A stretch of 64,000 nt of DNA, from contig NW_014040556.1 of the NCBI RefSeq assembly GCF_001186125.1, positions 147,787 through 211,786 on the forward strand, in the 5' to 3' direction. Made by a program: the position numbers and the translations under genes. Shown piece after piece: positions 28,901-43,404 of this stretch. The notes below the pieces were generated by a model that did no database searches, was not told where the DNA came from, and saw only the letters and a program-made list of their open reading frames with translations. This DNA comes from Sphaeroforma arctica JP610 (taxonomy: Eukaryota). The number at the start of each line of letters is the position of its first letter. Positions within the stretch are counted from its first letter, which is position 1.

Positions 28901-31900
28901 CCACACTATTGAAATTTCTAGCAAACGCGGAGAGACCTGGCCTACTCTCCCTGTAGTATGTTGATTCTGTGCGAGACATGCAAAAAAAAATGGGATATAC
29001 TAATAGCAAAGTGAAATAAAATGAAATTGAAGAATTTGGCATAGTAGAAAATTTGTCCACAATGAACCAGAAGTCAACTTACACTGAAAGATACGGATCC
29101 AGTATTATGCCAAGGTATTTTTGATCTGCAGGTCCATTACAAGCGAGCTGCACCTCGGCCCACGCATGTAAGACTGACACGTGCACCATTATACTCGCCG
29201 ATTCGTTGAACATGCTGTGAGAAATTAGTGGGCAACCATTCATTTATTGTTAGGACTGCCTTCATACAAGATTAAACGCATATTTTCTCGTTAAACAAGC
29301 AATCAGTCGTGGTTGAAGTATGCATTCATGCGATGTTTAGAAGAGAGAAAATCATGGACGCAAGGCTGATCACTCGTAACCTGAAATTATTTCATTGGCA
29401 ACTCGAATTCATTCACCACAATTTGAATTATTTACATTTCAAATATATGAGCATTTTTCTCTAGGTGTGTAAAGTTGAAAGCATGTTGGCTGCTCAACCG
29501 CGGACGATGAGGCACCGCGACTCTTGGGCAGAGAATCTTCTTACTCTGTCCAAACTAAAATTCTTACTCTAATTATAGTGTTATACAAACACATACAGTA
29601 CTACATTAATCGAGGCATATTGGTCTATGTCGTTGCGACCTGTGTTGAGTGGCGCAGCACACCATCATAAGATTCGGTGCATACCTGTACTTCACCGCAT
29701 CCGTTTCGTCAGACTCGTCTAAGGGTGACAGGATTAGTTGCTGTATACGTTTCAGGTCTCCTTCATCGCTCGTGGCCCCAGACGACAACCACGACCCGCA
29801 TACCACACTGGCGGCTGCCGAGATATCCGGGTTCACTGTCCCCGAAAAGGCTGGGCGGAGGGCTGCAGCGATCTATATAACAGTAGAGTAGCAGATTTTG
29901 ATAAGAATATCATAGTGAGTTTTTATTCTGCCCATTTGGGAGATACTTGAGAAGACCATTCATCACTGAAGGCAGGAAGCTGTTCGTATTAGTGATTGAA
30001 GATAAACAAAGGTAAAATTGGTCAAACGCGGTGCCCTCAACACGCATCGTCACATCCAGAACACTGGTCTTGAATGCGCTGCGAAGGTAGGAGATTAGAA
30101 ATATAATGCAGAGGTGCGTGGCCCATTGGGAGTGCGCAAACTGCAATGAACCCGTCGACTGCGGTGGGAAAGGCGATCGCAAACAAATCAAGCCTGTCAC
30201 TGTGTTGAATCTCACTAATCGGCTCAACAATATAGTACACACTTGCTGTGATGGCTTGTCGCCGTGCACACTATGAATGCCTTACACTCTCGTAATGAGA
30301 CTTTACACGGTACTTACCTGCGCTTGATACTGACTGAGCAGCAGAGATTCTTCCACGTCAGGATCCTCCGCTTTTTTGAATAATGTGATAATCTTGCTAA
30401 GACACTCGAACCCAGCGATCGATAGCCGAGACGAGTCGCTTGTAGCGGCGTTGAACGCGGCCCGAATCAGAGTACCCAGACAGCTCACCAAGTAGTTCCG
30501 TTTGCCCTTGTGACTCTGACTCGTGGAACCAGCCCCCTGTTTCATGTACTGTACTTCTCGCACCAGCTTCAGATCGAAGTGGAATTTCTTGTTTGCACTC
30601 TTCTCGCACGCGGTCATCAGCTCGGCCACGCACGTCAGGGCCAGAAACTTGGTGTGTGATCTGGGGTTGTCCGCAGAACTCGCCTCAGCACCCGCTTCCT
30701 TCCGTACCAGACCTTCCTCAGTGACCTCGTTCTCATCTTTCTTGCCACTCTCTGCATCTCCGTCTCCGTCATCGTCTGCTCGCGATTCTTCCCCGCCGCT
30801 GCCTTTCTCAGCGCCCGCTTTCGTATCGGAACGGTCCTTGGACTCTTCCGATCGCTTCGTCGGTAAAGTCTGAGTTATTTTTTGGCCCAGACGATCCGCT
30901 CGGAGGGGCCGCACCAATGTTGCAGAGAGCGCCTTCATGGAATAGTCCAGCCAGTATGTCGGGTTGTAGTCGCCGCAATTCGAGACCAGCTCTATTATAC
31001 ACTTCGCCAATATCCGCAACACGGCGGGATTGGTTTCCCGGTTGTAGATGGACACGAGCGCGTTTTCGATACCCATGCTTTGCCCCACCACCCCGACGCC
31101 CACAACTGTCTCTGCGTCTCTCTGGACCATCTGCAACAGACAGTTTGCGGAGCTTTGTCGTAGAATGGACAGATTTCCGAGGAGGGTATCGACAATAAAG
31201 GGCAATACCAGGGCAGGCTCAACATGGGCCCCGGCGAATACAATCATTGTCTGTGTACACTGAGCTGCGGTCAGCAGAACTATGTCCTCCTCAGAACTTC
31301 TGAGATGGATGCACAGCAGCTCGCATTTCTTACGGGTGCTTTCGTTCATTTGCAGTTCAGGCCCCAAGGAGGAGAGCAGCGCATTGAGTAGTCGACCTAG
31401 CCCATGCTGCACTTCCGACGTTCTGGTGAACAGATAATGTACAATCATGGTCAGATCTCTCATTATACTAGCTTTGCTCTGACGATGAAAAAGCTTTGTA
31501 ACCGAACTTGAAGTGTGTTGGCAATAAATCAGACCCAAAACTCGGAAGAAGAAAAATTCGTTGTAAGTTGTGATGCCAAAGATAAGCTCGATAACACGGA
31601 CATTGTCAATTTTACGTACCTTTGCTGCGACGAGAAGAACATGCACAGTAGCTGACCCAGTACGGGAGCCACGAAGTGAGGGAACGAAGGGCTTTCACTA
31701 ACCTGCATGAGAGAAGATAACACTAGTGTGAATTTGAGCGCTTGATGTGATGACAATGCAACACGGCAGTCCGCCGAACACGTCGAAAACGTACGACCAA
31801 CAAATAAACTCAGTTTGTAAGGCTCACAAAGCAAATCAACAACGGACTTCTTAAATGCTCTAGTAGGTGACAGGTGTCGACATCCATGCCATATACCTGC

Positions 31901-34900
31901 CAGAAAGCTTGCAGTGCAAACATCTGCACGGTAGGGCTAGTGTCGAGCGACAGCGCATTGAGAATTCCAATCACTCGCTGCACAGACTTCCGCGACACAA
32001 GGCGGCCCCCACATCTGACTATACTGCCAAGCGCAGCCAAATTCCCAGTCCTGGCCAGGGCATCTCGATCCGTTTGCAGGAGATCTACGGGTGACAGAAA
32101 AGAAACAGGTTGGTTTCTGGGCTGATACGATACGATACTTGTACATGGTAGTATGCACAACATCTAATCAAATCGGCCTAGAGCGTGGTACAACAAGATG
32201 AACGACCTTAGCGCCCCATACCTATCACGGAGTCTATTTTGCTTCCCAACTCGGTGACACCCTGGCCCGCCGTCACAAGACCGACGATTTCCGCACCGCA
32301 TAACCTAGAAAAAAATGGTATATCCAGTTTCAGAATAACAAGTATCAACTATCCTAGTAAGGCAGGTGCACATCAGACTAGCTTATAATAGTGAATAGAA
32401 TCCGAAAGTGGAAGATACGTCTATATAGTAGAAGGAGGTCAGAAAGTCAGAAGGATGGGAGCGATGCCATCACAAGACCTGTGTACAGTGGAGACGCCAG
32501 CTAAGACAACTGTGACAAATCGAAAACAATCGCATCCGTATACCTTGCCACTGGGCTGTCTAGCCTCAAGGCACCCAAAGCAACTACCGATACTGCCTCT
32601 TTAACACAACTAACATCCATCTTCGCCAGCTGCCCATTGTCCCGCAGAACCTGCATTGCACATAGCATAGTCGCCAGAGCATTCATGTGTAGTTTCTCAA
32701 CAAAGCTCCGTCGGCCTGAGTGTGGGCAGTGGCCGATGTGTGAGACGTGTGCACTTCAGAACGACAGCTGGGTGCAGCGGGGAAACGAATGCAAGACCAC
32801 AACGATATGTGACACGCGCAGAGAAATCCGTTCACTGCTTCACTATCACTTCGTCACGATAGGCCTTAACAAGCGGCTCAAAGGGCAAGAGTCTTCAACG
32901 AACATAGTCTTATGCTGCCGACATACATTTCGACAAGCCGGTTGCGAGGTAGTCGAGCAGCTGCCTGCGATGTTTCATGGTGCATAGGGGGAATGCATGG
33001 CCAAACAGTAGTATACTGTGGTTCACCAACGACGTAGACAGAGGCAGTGGTGCTGGCGCCTGAGAAGTGCATGAAGGGATTTGTGATTATAAATATAAGG
33101 CTACAGCTAAGAATTTCGAATTTCAGAGTGAGAGAGTGAGACTACCAAACATGCCTGCTGACTTGCATGTTCATAGATGGGATTTTCACTATCTCAGCAT
33201 ACATGTGCGTGTCGCTCACCTGTGTCTGAATCTCACCCTTGGCACCCGGTAGTAGAATCACAGTGGTCGGTTCGTTTTCTAGTGTGCCAATGATCCCGTC
33301 GTAGGTCAACAACCGCTTGAGTGAACCATCGAGGTCTTCGTGAAAGCCGCCAACGACTGCAGACTCCGGTCCCAGTAGGTCAGGCATGATAGTCGTATAC
33401 TCGTGAGCCTGTATGTGTACTATGTCCTGTTAAACGAACAAAAAGGTCGAGAAACCCAATATTTGATTAATATATGGGAGAGTTTTTTTCTCAATCATAT
33501 ACCAGAAGAATGCTTCTCCATATCGAAGAGAGCCCTGAGCACATATATGTGGACGACACATTCAGAAATGTGCAGTACATACACCGAACGATAGTAAGTA
33601 TGCAGTATGTGCAACGAATTTTAATAAATGTGTGTATGCTCCGAAGATATATCGCCTGTGAGTTGACTTTACCTGTATAAGGACTCGCACCAGAGAGGGG
33701 AGCGCGGTCGCATAACTATGCGGCTTGAATATTAGTAGAGTTTTGTATAACCGCACTTTGAATAGCCGCACAAGCTCTGCAAAGGACATGCTAAGACCGC
33801 TGAGACCAGCACCCGCATTGGTCTCTGTGGGCTGCTCTCGTGATATGGAGCTGATCAACTGGACGCTGTCTACCAAGTAGGTAATCAATCGACTCTCGGT
33901 ATCTGGATCGCTGGTTAGATCTTCACAGTTCCGACAGAAGTTATTCAGCGCTCCCATGGCGTGTGTTGCCGAGAGGATGCGTTGTTTCGCCTTCTCAGAC
34001 AGCCTGTGTAGGTACGTCCGATGGGTGTAACAGAAGTTAGCTACGCTGATTGTAGATGTATACTGTCTCAATCAGCCTGTGACAGTAAGTCTAAAGAGTG
34101 TACAGAATTTAGCTCCGCTACTCGTAGTTGTCTACTATATACAAATACACCAGGCGGCGTACAGAACGCCGCGGAACTAAGCGATAATATACTTCAGACC
34201 TCCCACATCGCGTGATAAACATGTTTTGTAAATACATACGTGTTGGTTGCAGCCGTTGTCTTCTTTGTCTTGGAAGGTTTGGCAACCAGCTCGGGTAAGC
34301 CTTTGAACACCTCATCGAACAAGCCCATGAGTTTCCTTTGCCGATCGTGCCAGAAAGAGCTTTTCTGAGTCATCAAGGAACTCAAACATGTCCATCCTGC
34401 CTCTATTTCCACGCCACCAGCCTGTCCTGTATGATAAATGTCAGATAATATTAGGTCTCTACGACAAGTAAGGCCATTGTGTGCAAAGTTGTGCACAGCC
34501 AATGCATTCTACAGCTGCGACTAGCCAACATCTTTTTGGTTTTGTACCTTTAGCAGATGTTTTCAGCAATTCCTCAGCGGTCGTGAAGATGGACGTCGAC
34601 AACCCCATAGGTACCCCGAGCCCAGTGCATGGGATAACGGAGGCCATGGCGGCCAGACAGATCGCATAGCCGTGAGTGGCCTCGAGACTCTCTTTGACAT
34701 ACAACTTATCTACACACTCCAGCATCAAGGCTGCATGGTTACGAGGAAGTGCAATCACCAGGCATCGCAGACACCACGCAACGCTTACGCGTACTGATAC
34801 AGCCCTATGGAGTACGTGTGAGAACGAAGTGTTCGTAACCAAAGGAGACGAGACCTTTTAACTTGATGAATACACAAGCTAAAAGGACCATGTATTGGAA

Positions 34901-37617
34901 ATCTGGCACAGAGCGAAGCAAAAACAGAAGGAGGATCCAATAACCAAACAAGCACAACCTCTGATGCGCCGGAATGCAAGAAGATCTCGCTATGATGTGA
35001 GCACCAACATTTACAACAAGTCATCAACGCATGCACCGCATTTCTACGCCAACGAAAAGTAATAAACCAGCCTGTGAGCATTGTGCAGCATTAGTTGGAC
35101 AATCCAATCTCGCCAATTGAGGGGGCCGAATGCGAATTGAGTTTACACAGAAAGAATCAGATTCAGACGGTCGATACATCTGGGCATAAGCACAGAAACA
35201 CTCGTCGCATGTGAACATGCACATGAAAGCGAGTAGATACACATATACATCGCCCGCATACTACATGTTCGTAACGATTGCAGCACGATACAAAAGTCAA
35301 GTTGCGAGTATATAGACTAAAAATATTAACGCACTAACGTGGTTCATTCCTACAAAATCACGATGGCCAAAACCAACATCTTTCCAGCCAAATGCATACT
35401 TGGACGCCACTACTGAGAAAGCGGCAGTACGCACAGCCTCAAAGCAGGGGTGAGAGGCCGAGTCTAACTGAAGCAAAAGACGGCTCACGCAACGCAATGC
35501 CGCGACAATGGCGTGTTGTGCTGCGTTGAGATTAGGCAACTGGACACATTGGGTGATTGCTTTGCACAGTTCCTGTTGTGAAGATCAGGAGTGCTCATTA
35601 GATATCACGATCGAGAAAAGGAAATATCGACTTCTTGAACAAGATTGATCAGGGCGAGTCAGCACCACATGTGGCAACCAACCCAAGCGCTACGACCACA
35701 TACATGTACAAGCGACCAGACTACAAACTGCACACCTTCACTGTTTTGACCTGCCCAGCCTCGTCAAGAGTGGTATGCACTGCATCGTAGATCATTTCGG
35801 TGACTATGGTTCGTGCTGCCACCGCATCAGCCAGTCGAGCCGGTAGCCGCGAGACACTCAGCAGATTGAGGAAGTGTGCCAGGATCAGGCCACTATTCCC
35901 TTCCACCCACTGCGGCCCGACAATGGCTATGATGTGCTTGTATGCATGGAACGCCCCCATCTTAACCTCCGTAGTGGCGCCGCGCGAGAACACCACGCCG
36001 AGGGGCAGTAACACCGAATCCTCCTTGGCGGAATCGGGTGCACCTGTCAGTGTGCCAGAGAGAGGTTCAGATTAGCTATACGAATAGTTTGCACGTGTGT
36101 TCTGCACTGACAGGTGCCAGAGAGAAGTTCAAATTAGCTATACGAATAGTTTGCACGTGTGTTCTGTCCACCACCTTTCTCAATAACGTCTCAACACATC
36201 CAGATATCGCAAACCAATACACGCGGCCCAATTCCCTACTATATAAAACCACAGTACATCCTTATTCGCAGTTACAAGCATATAGGTGGTGCCTATCTAC
36301 ACCTGGATCACATGAAATATACGTAAGGCTGAAAACACTGTACCTGTCTGGACCCGTGACTGTTTCATAAGCAGACATAGATGGGCCATCAGAAGCGCTA
36401 TTTGATCACGCGTGTCAGCGTCGCTGTGCTCCAGCCCCTTCACAACCAAATGGAAAGTCGCCTCTAGGTCCCCTGGTAGCGTACCGAGACGCTTAATAAG
36501 CGCAACCAAACACTGCAGTAGTCATAAGGTTGGGGCTTGTTAGCGAAACTGGGCCAACGATCAACTACGTGCGCCTTAAAAGTTATCTTCCAACATTTGT
36601 AGCCGTGCAACGTAAATAACTTTGTGCCACGTAACGACTTGTAGCTGAAACAGTACATTTGCTTTCGGTTGTAAGGAAATATAATGAAGGCCAAATTATG
36701 GGCTACTATCCTTTTATCTATTCTAAAGGTTTAGCTATCTCAATTTCTTATACCACAGTATAACTAGTAGATAAGAACTATTATACTTCTTAACCCAAAC
36801 TTTTTTGTTTCAGACTCGCATCACGCAATAAGGTCGTCGTGACCATATGCTTCTTCTGTGGAATGGGGGATATACAATATGCCGAGCACGTAACAAAAGC
36901 ATTCTGAAGAAAGCCTCGTACACATAAATTCCAAAATTAGGGCGATGTCTCCATGATGAGTTTCTATAAAAAAAGTGAACAAGGTGTACTAGTCTTCTGT
37001 TCGGGTGCTAACAAGTCAGGTAACACTGGAACGAAAACATCACACAGCTCCATGCTTGTCACGTGCAACGTCAACAACTACGGCTTTGTCGATCGACTTA
37101 GAACAGAACAATATAAGGGAAAATGATCGGCGGAGAATACAAATGCCACTCTAAATATTAAAAAGAATATGCTTCAACAGTAGGAGAAAAACTTAGTTTG
37201 TGCATACCATTGCAGAACTCCCCCGCACGGCTGGCGATCGATCAGATAGGCCGGGACGCACCATCTTATATATTTCTTTCTGAAACTCATTCGCAGCACG
37301 TTCACAATGAGTGATAATCAAAGACAGCAACTTGTTCGCTTCATTCCTCAGTGGAAACGGGGGTGGTGCCTGGCCGCCCATTTGATTACCAATCTTCGAT
37401 GTAAACTGTAAAGGGAATAGAAAGAAATAGACAGTAAACGAATAGCATGCAATGAGCCATCTGAAGAGTCGCGTAGACAGGGGTCATCTAGCATCACAGC
37501 ACTTGCTAATTTAATTCGAGCATATCCGTTCATACAAAACGTAAATTTGCATGATACACATTTATGTATGTCATACACAAAAAGATACGTACTTGCATTA
37601 TATATATTTTATATATT

Positions 37618-37658
<41 letters not shown>

Positions 37659-37661
37659 ATA

Positions 37662-37711
<50 letters not shown>

Positions 37712-38537
37712 CATAAAAAATGAAATACATACACTTTTTCATACTATAGCGTTACATATGAAGTTCGTTTATTCAGGTAAGTACATATTTATACATATAC
37801 ATATGCAAGCACAACTAATTTCAACATTTGGCGTCGATAGCAACATACAAAGATTACGAATTGCGTAGAAATATGAACAAATTGACGTCAGCAGTTAAAT
37901 ACGCGTACGAGAGACGATATTTGTTTTCATAAACCAAAAAGTGTATAAACCGAGTTCGTCATGTATGCTAGCTATACTAAAACGCAGCGACTCATAAGTC
38001 TTTCAAGATGCAAACACGCAAGCACCGAGATACCAGAATATGATTCTGAACACAGCAATGACCATTACATAATTACAAACTTACATCCGCCGGTTTCATG
38101 AACTTTCCCAGTAGATGTATTGTATCCCCGCTTAGAGGCCCAGTCATAGCACCCAGCACTCGGTACATCTCTCCCAAACAAGCGAAAGCCGCTATCCGAG
38201 TGGACGAATCGTCCCTCATCTTGATTAGATCATTGACCGTATTCACAGTAGGGAACAGTCGATCGCTGTTTCCATGCCGGAATAGCGTTGCGAGTGTCTT
38301 TCCGGCCTCTATCATTACCGGGGTGCCCAACGGCTGTGGTAAAAGCGTCAGAATCTGTGTTTCCAGCTTTTTCTGCTCGTTCTTGAACACCGCCTTCTTC
38401 ACGTTAGGTATCACTTGCTGGAGCGCAAGTAACTCGCCATATAACCGAATGCTCTGCTCTGCATCGAATTCTCCGCTGGACCTGTCATCAAGCACGAGCG
38501 TACGTGCCACAGGCACCGCTGACGACGAGGGTGGCAT
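25984..38537 (-). CDS. HEATR5B: HEAT repeat-containing protein 5 (HEATR5A/B, Laa1-like AP-1 accessory protein), multi-exon
   Basis: RIAAFACLGEMYRVLG, VRPGLSDRSPAVR, IEAGWTCLSSLM, LLSSLGPELQ, EDPDVEESLLLSQYQAQ, and C-terminus PTIKLKMDFGNFS. Confidence 0.88.
37597..37715. repeat. TA/TG microsatellite, intronic
   Basis: Direct reading. Confidence 0.9.
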
Positions 38538-39568
38538 CGTAAACACAGACGCTATCTATCTGCGACGATGAACGCTATATATTTCATAATTATATATACA
38601 AACAAGGAGTTTTTTTTTGCGCGTCTAAGCATCGGCTTTTTCTCCAGCCAAAAGGCCGAGGGGATTTACCATTAAAAAAAAGAAATTAAATACTTAATAG
38701 GCATAAATGCAAAAAAAAAATTAACATACCGTATTTGCCTCGAACAAACAGTGAGACAACAAAATAGGTGAATAAATTTCATTGGATTAATGTTTTACTG
38801 ACAAAACTAACCAATGATGACCGGATAAGCAGTAGCAAAAACTTGGTTTTCTGCACTATGATTAAGAGTCGATTGACTATTCCGGCTCAAGTAGCACCAG
38901 AGAGAGGAGTTAAGTCAGTCCATCTCCACTAGAGTGAGCGGTCAACCGGACAACAGCTCGTTAACTTAACTCTTTAATATATCAGCAAAATAGACCAATT
39001 GTCTTTTCTGTTTATTCTTTTTTAAATATTAACGACATATATACTTGTTTACTGAAAGTAAATTGTCAAATTGTTTTGCATAAAAGAAGTACTACATATT
39101 TTTTTTTAGCTTTAAAAAGTATGAATATACTGATAAATAGATGAAGATAATAGAGAGACAGGGATTATGCCTAATTTCAAATGTCATGGATCTAGAGATT
39201 ACTTTTAACACTAAAAGTTAAATGCACAATTCTATGGTTCTAACAGTAAAGAGACAAAAATAACAATAATTTTCTTTATAAAATATTGTCGAAAGAAAAG
39301 TTGAAACCAACTTTTGTTGAAGTTGGAACCAACTTTTGTTGTCAACATTTGTTGTACTCTCTGGATTGAGATTTGAGAGGAGGAAAAACATAAAAGAGTT
39401 GCGTTATATCACATATATTTATATATAGAGAATGAATACTATATAATAGATACAATAAACTGAATATGGGATTTCGACAAAGTACAATACACTTATGTAT
39501 ATCGGTATGAACGTATGAGGTATTTAATATAGCTATCAATCGTATGCGTCCAAACGACAAATAATAAC

Positions 39569-42500
39569 ATGGAGGAAGATGATCTGCGCTTAGCGCGTGA
39601 TTTCTCCCCCTTGACTACCACATTCGACTCCGCACTACAATTAAAGGATACTCAAGAACAGACCACTAACGACTCTAGGGGAAAATATGATCGCTCGAAC
39701 GTGGGGCCACGGAATTCAGAAACTACAAGTACAAGGAGTGGCTTCACAAGTAACAGATGTGGAGGTCGCACTAAAGCTTGCAGTTCGGATACCATTCTGG
39801 AACATGTAACCACCGGCGACAGCCAAGTATATAGCAGTGATCTGCCCCTGTTCAGTGAGAACATTCCAGCAGCAGACGCTGTTGAGAAGCGCCCAGCACG
39901 TCACTTATCAATTGAGACTCTGTCTTCTACATTGAGCGGCGGCTCTTTAGATCCGCCTGAGGGGGCTGCCGATTTCAAGTATGTTGGTTACTTTCATTTC
40001 CCTGTTTATTGTTCAATGCGAGGTACTTGGAGGTGGCCGTATCCCTTCTCCATCAAACTGTGCGCAGCCAACTTTTGCCACTCATTTATATAGTATTTTG
40101 TTTTGTACCAATTACGTGCTCACCAAACCTGAGGATGAAGACGAGCCCGGGAATATATATCCTCGTTCTAATGCTCACTTGCAGCAGAGTCGGGATGATT
40201 GGTATATATTTTTGTCAATTTGTACTCGACCCATGTTTGCCACTTCCAATCCGTTTATGAAATTATGTTCCCAACTAAAATAAAAGCGCAAAAGTTCTTA
40301 GCTATCCAACTATACGTAATATCATGTTTTAGACCGTTGTTTTAGAACAGGAACAAACATGGCCTGTGCCTTGCATCACTGACTCTGGCGCTGTCGTTCA
40401 GAGGATATGCATTGCAGTCCTTGTCAACTTTATCAGTCCTTGTCAACTTTGCCATATAGATCACGGCAAAAATATACTTCTCTGCTGTCTACTATAGCTA
40501 GCATACATTCCCCTCATTGTCGTGTAAAAAAAAGTGCTTTTGTCCTTCGTGTGCGCGACTTATTAGAGACCAACTGCTTTTACGTCAATTCTCTGTGGCG
40601 CTAAAGAGATTTCAATTATCACACAGCATCTCACCGCAGCTCCGAAAGTACGCTATCGGTAGCGAAGACCTCGCCAACCTCTTACGAACAGCACGATCGG
40701 AAGAAACAGCTGTGCTGGACTGTCGGTCGTTCGTGGCTTACAATTCCGGCCACATCAGGAATGCTGTAAATATGAATTGCCCTACGCTGGTTTTGAAACG
40801 GCTGCAGGCGAGAATTCGAAAAGAAGAAGCGGAGAAATACGGGAATGATCACAATATAGCTAGTGTGGGACCAAAATGCCTCGCAGATAAGGCCTTCGTC
40901 GTTGACAAGTTGTTATCTTCGCCTCAGGTCAGTTTAATCCTGATTACTGCGTAGAATGAATATCTCGTCGGTGTTTGGCATGTGCCCTAACCTACTCGAA
41001 GACTCACGCATGTTCGGTCACTGATTCAATCACTGCAGGAGAACCACGTCGAACTCAAAGAAAGGTGTAAATTAGGGCTTATACGGAATATGATCCTGTG
41101 CGGCGATGAAGCACTTTCGAAGGTCGCCGCAGGCGAGGCATCTTGTTTGTTGGAGCGCCTCCTCGATATTTTAAAGAATCAGCAAACTGTATTATATTAT
41201 TTGAAAGGTATAGTAATAATTGTGCTAGAAGTAATTTATACTGATCAAAGCGGGATAGTCGGTATCTCGGATATTTATTGAATGATGCTTTTTTCTCCTA
41301 AATCACCCCCTTCCACAGAACCATACATTCAATTTGCCAAGCGGTACGCAGACTTGGTTGTAACGATCCAATCAGTGGACAAAGAGAAGGTTCATAAAAC
41401 GCCGCCACCTTCCGCCTTACTAGCCAGTAAAAATGTATGTATATTTGGGTGCTTCGATCGAGTTGCTCCAAATCGTGCTACTTTTTTTAATCTTACGATT
41501 TATCTTTTGCTTACCGTACGACAACTTTCTCTTAGATGGAAATGGAACCGACAAGAGTTCTTTCTTATCTCTATCTTGGAAACAAGCGGAATTCTGCAGA
41601 CATGGAGTCACTCAAAGGTTAGTGCTTGGAGATTTTGACTGTGAAATCTCGTAGACTACTGTGACAAAGCTAAGCACCAAGCACTATAGCTAGCGAGGAT
41701 TAGGATATCACATACCGTTAGTTCGCATACATGCGGTGGTTTCTTTTCTCGTGGGCACATGCAAAGACTTGTGAGACTTGCCAGTCGAAATAGACGACTT
41801 TTACCCATTGTGCTTTTGCCTATGAACTTCTCACTTGTCGCGATACTTAACCGCTTCGTATTTCTACTCCCTGAAAATCTTAACGGCTACTGGCTTGCAT
41901 TTCTTCTCCTGATTCAGCTTTGGGCATCACACATATACTGAACGTTGCCAAAGAGTGTATACCGCAGAGTGACAATAATCAAGACATGCGATATAAGGTA
42001 AAGTCATTTGGCATGCTTCGCTTTATAGAAACATACTCGACATTGGTGTCTTCCGTTGATAATTCTTCCACGAGCTTTCTATTTCGCCGAATCTAAGTCG
42101 AGATACACTTGTTATTCACGTGAAATCCACTCCGTATGCTCCAACTGTTGTGTTTTCCTGCCCAACAGAACATCCCACTGCTCGATTCGACTGAAGAGGA
42201 TATCTTATCCGTGCTGGAGGAATCGATTCTGTTCATCGGTATGTTACTGAAATGAGCAAGATGTGTATATCTATGAGGGCGGAATCTGTACTAGCGCATA
42301 CATTCTAATTGATCTATGTGGCTCGCTGCACCTGCCATTTGCTATCCTTGTATTACGTGCTGGATGTGATTGTCGCACACGATTTACCAATATAAACTCA
42401 ATGCGGATTGCAGACACTGCGAAGGATTCGAATGGGAAAATTCTGGTGCACTGCGTTGGAGGCATCTCTCGATCCGTGGCGGTCATCCTGGCCTATCTTG

Positions 42501-42697
42501 TACGGACAAACGAAGTGACTCTGGATTCAGCATATGCTTTCATGAAGGAAAGGAAATCGAATATATCACCGAATATTAGCTTTATGGGACAACTTTTAGA
42601 GTTTTCGAAAAATGAAGAACAGAAGCGGGAGTCGAAGAAAAGTATCAAATCGAGAGCTCGACAAAATACATTGTCACGGACCAAAACTGTAGGTTAG
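39569..42697 (+). CDS. Dual-specificity MAP kinase phosphatase (rhodanese/KIM + DSP domains), multi-exon
   Basis: VLDCRSFVAYNSGHIRNAVNMNCPTLVLKRL (MKP rhodanese domain); ILVHCVGGISRSVAVILAYL and ISPNISFMGQL (DSP catalytic domain). Confidence 0.9.
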
Positions 42698-43404
42698 CAC
42701 CGAACTCATTGGATGAGAATAAGTGATTAACTTGGAAAGGTCGAGTACATGAAATAATAATAATGTCCATCGCTTAAATTACAAAAGTCTGCAAACAAGG
42801 AGTTGCAACTCTAGATTTATTCGTGATAGCTTTCTAACTTTTCCGATACTTGACATAGTAACCTTACTTAACGGTGCCTCGCTTCCTATTAGAATCGTAC
42901 CATGCGCTGTATTCGCTGTAGGAGAACCTGCTTCATGCGAGAGCTGTGTTCTATAAATAATACACTCCATCCGTGAGTCTCCTGAGTCAGATGTGTCATA
43001 TTCGACTAGTGTGCTTTGGACATATTCTCATTATATGACTAGATCAGGCGATATCCTAGTGAGTGTTGCACTTGTTGCGACCTGTGATTTTAAGAAATCT
43101 CTACAACGATGAAGCACTTTCAAACGAGCACTCAAACACACAGGAATCTATCAACCCTCCGCCTATACAGCTCTGCCGGTGGTTGTCGCAGCTGCAGCAA
43201 TGCAGACGTCAGCATGCGAGCGAACTAAACACACGTTGTAAGCTGTTATTATGCTGAATCTATCCAATCCTGCTGTGCCGTGTGAACTCACCTCAAGCAC
43301 GTGAGACTGCACTTCTCCTATCACATTCGCTACAATTAGTGATACATCGGATACTACTCGAGTCATTTCCAAGCTGCACGTAAACAAATCGATTTGACTC
43401 AATT

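Noticed and set aside
39299..39341. 21-bp tandem duplication (AAGTTGRAACCAACTTTTGTT) in the HEATR5-DUSP spacer
   Set aside because: Two copies only, consistent with ordinary slippage.
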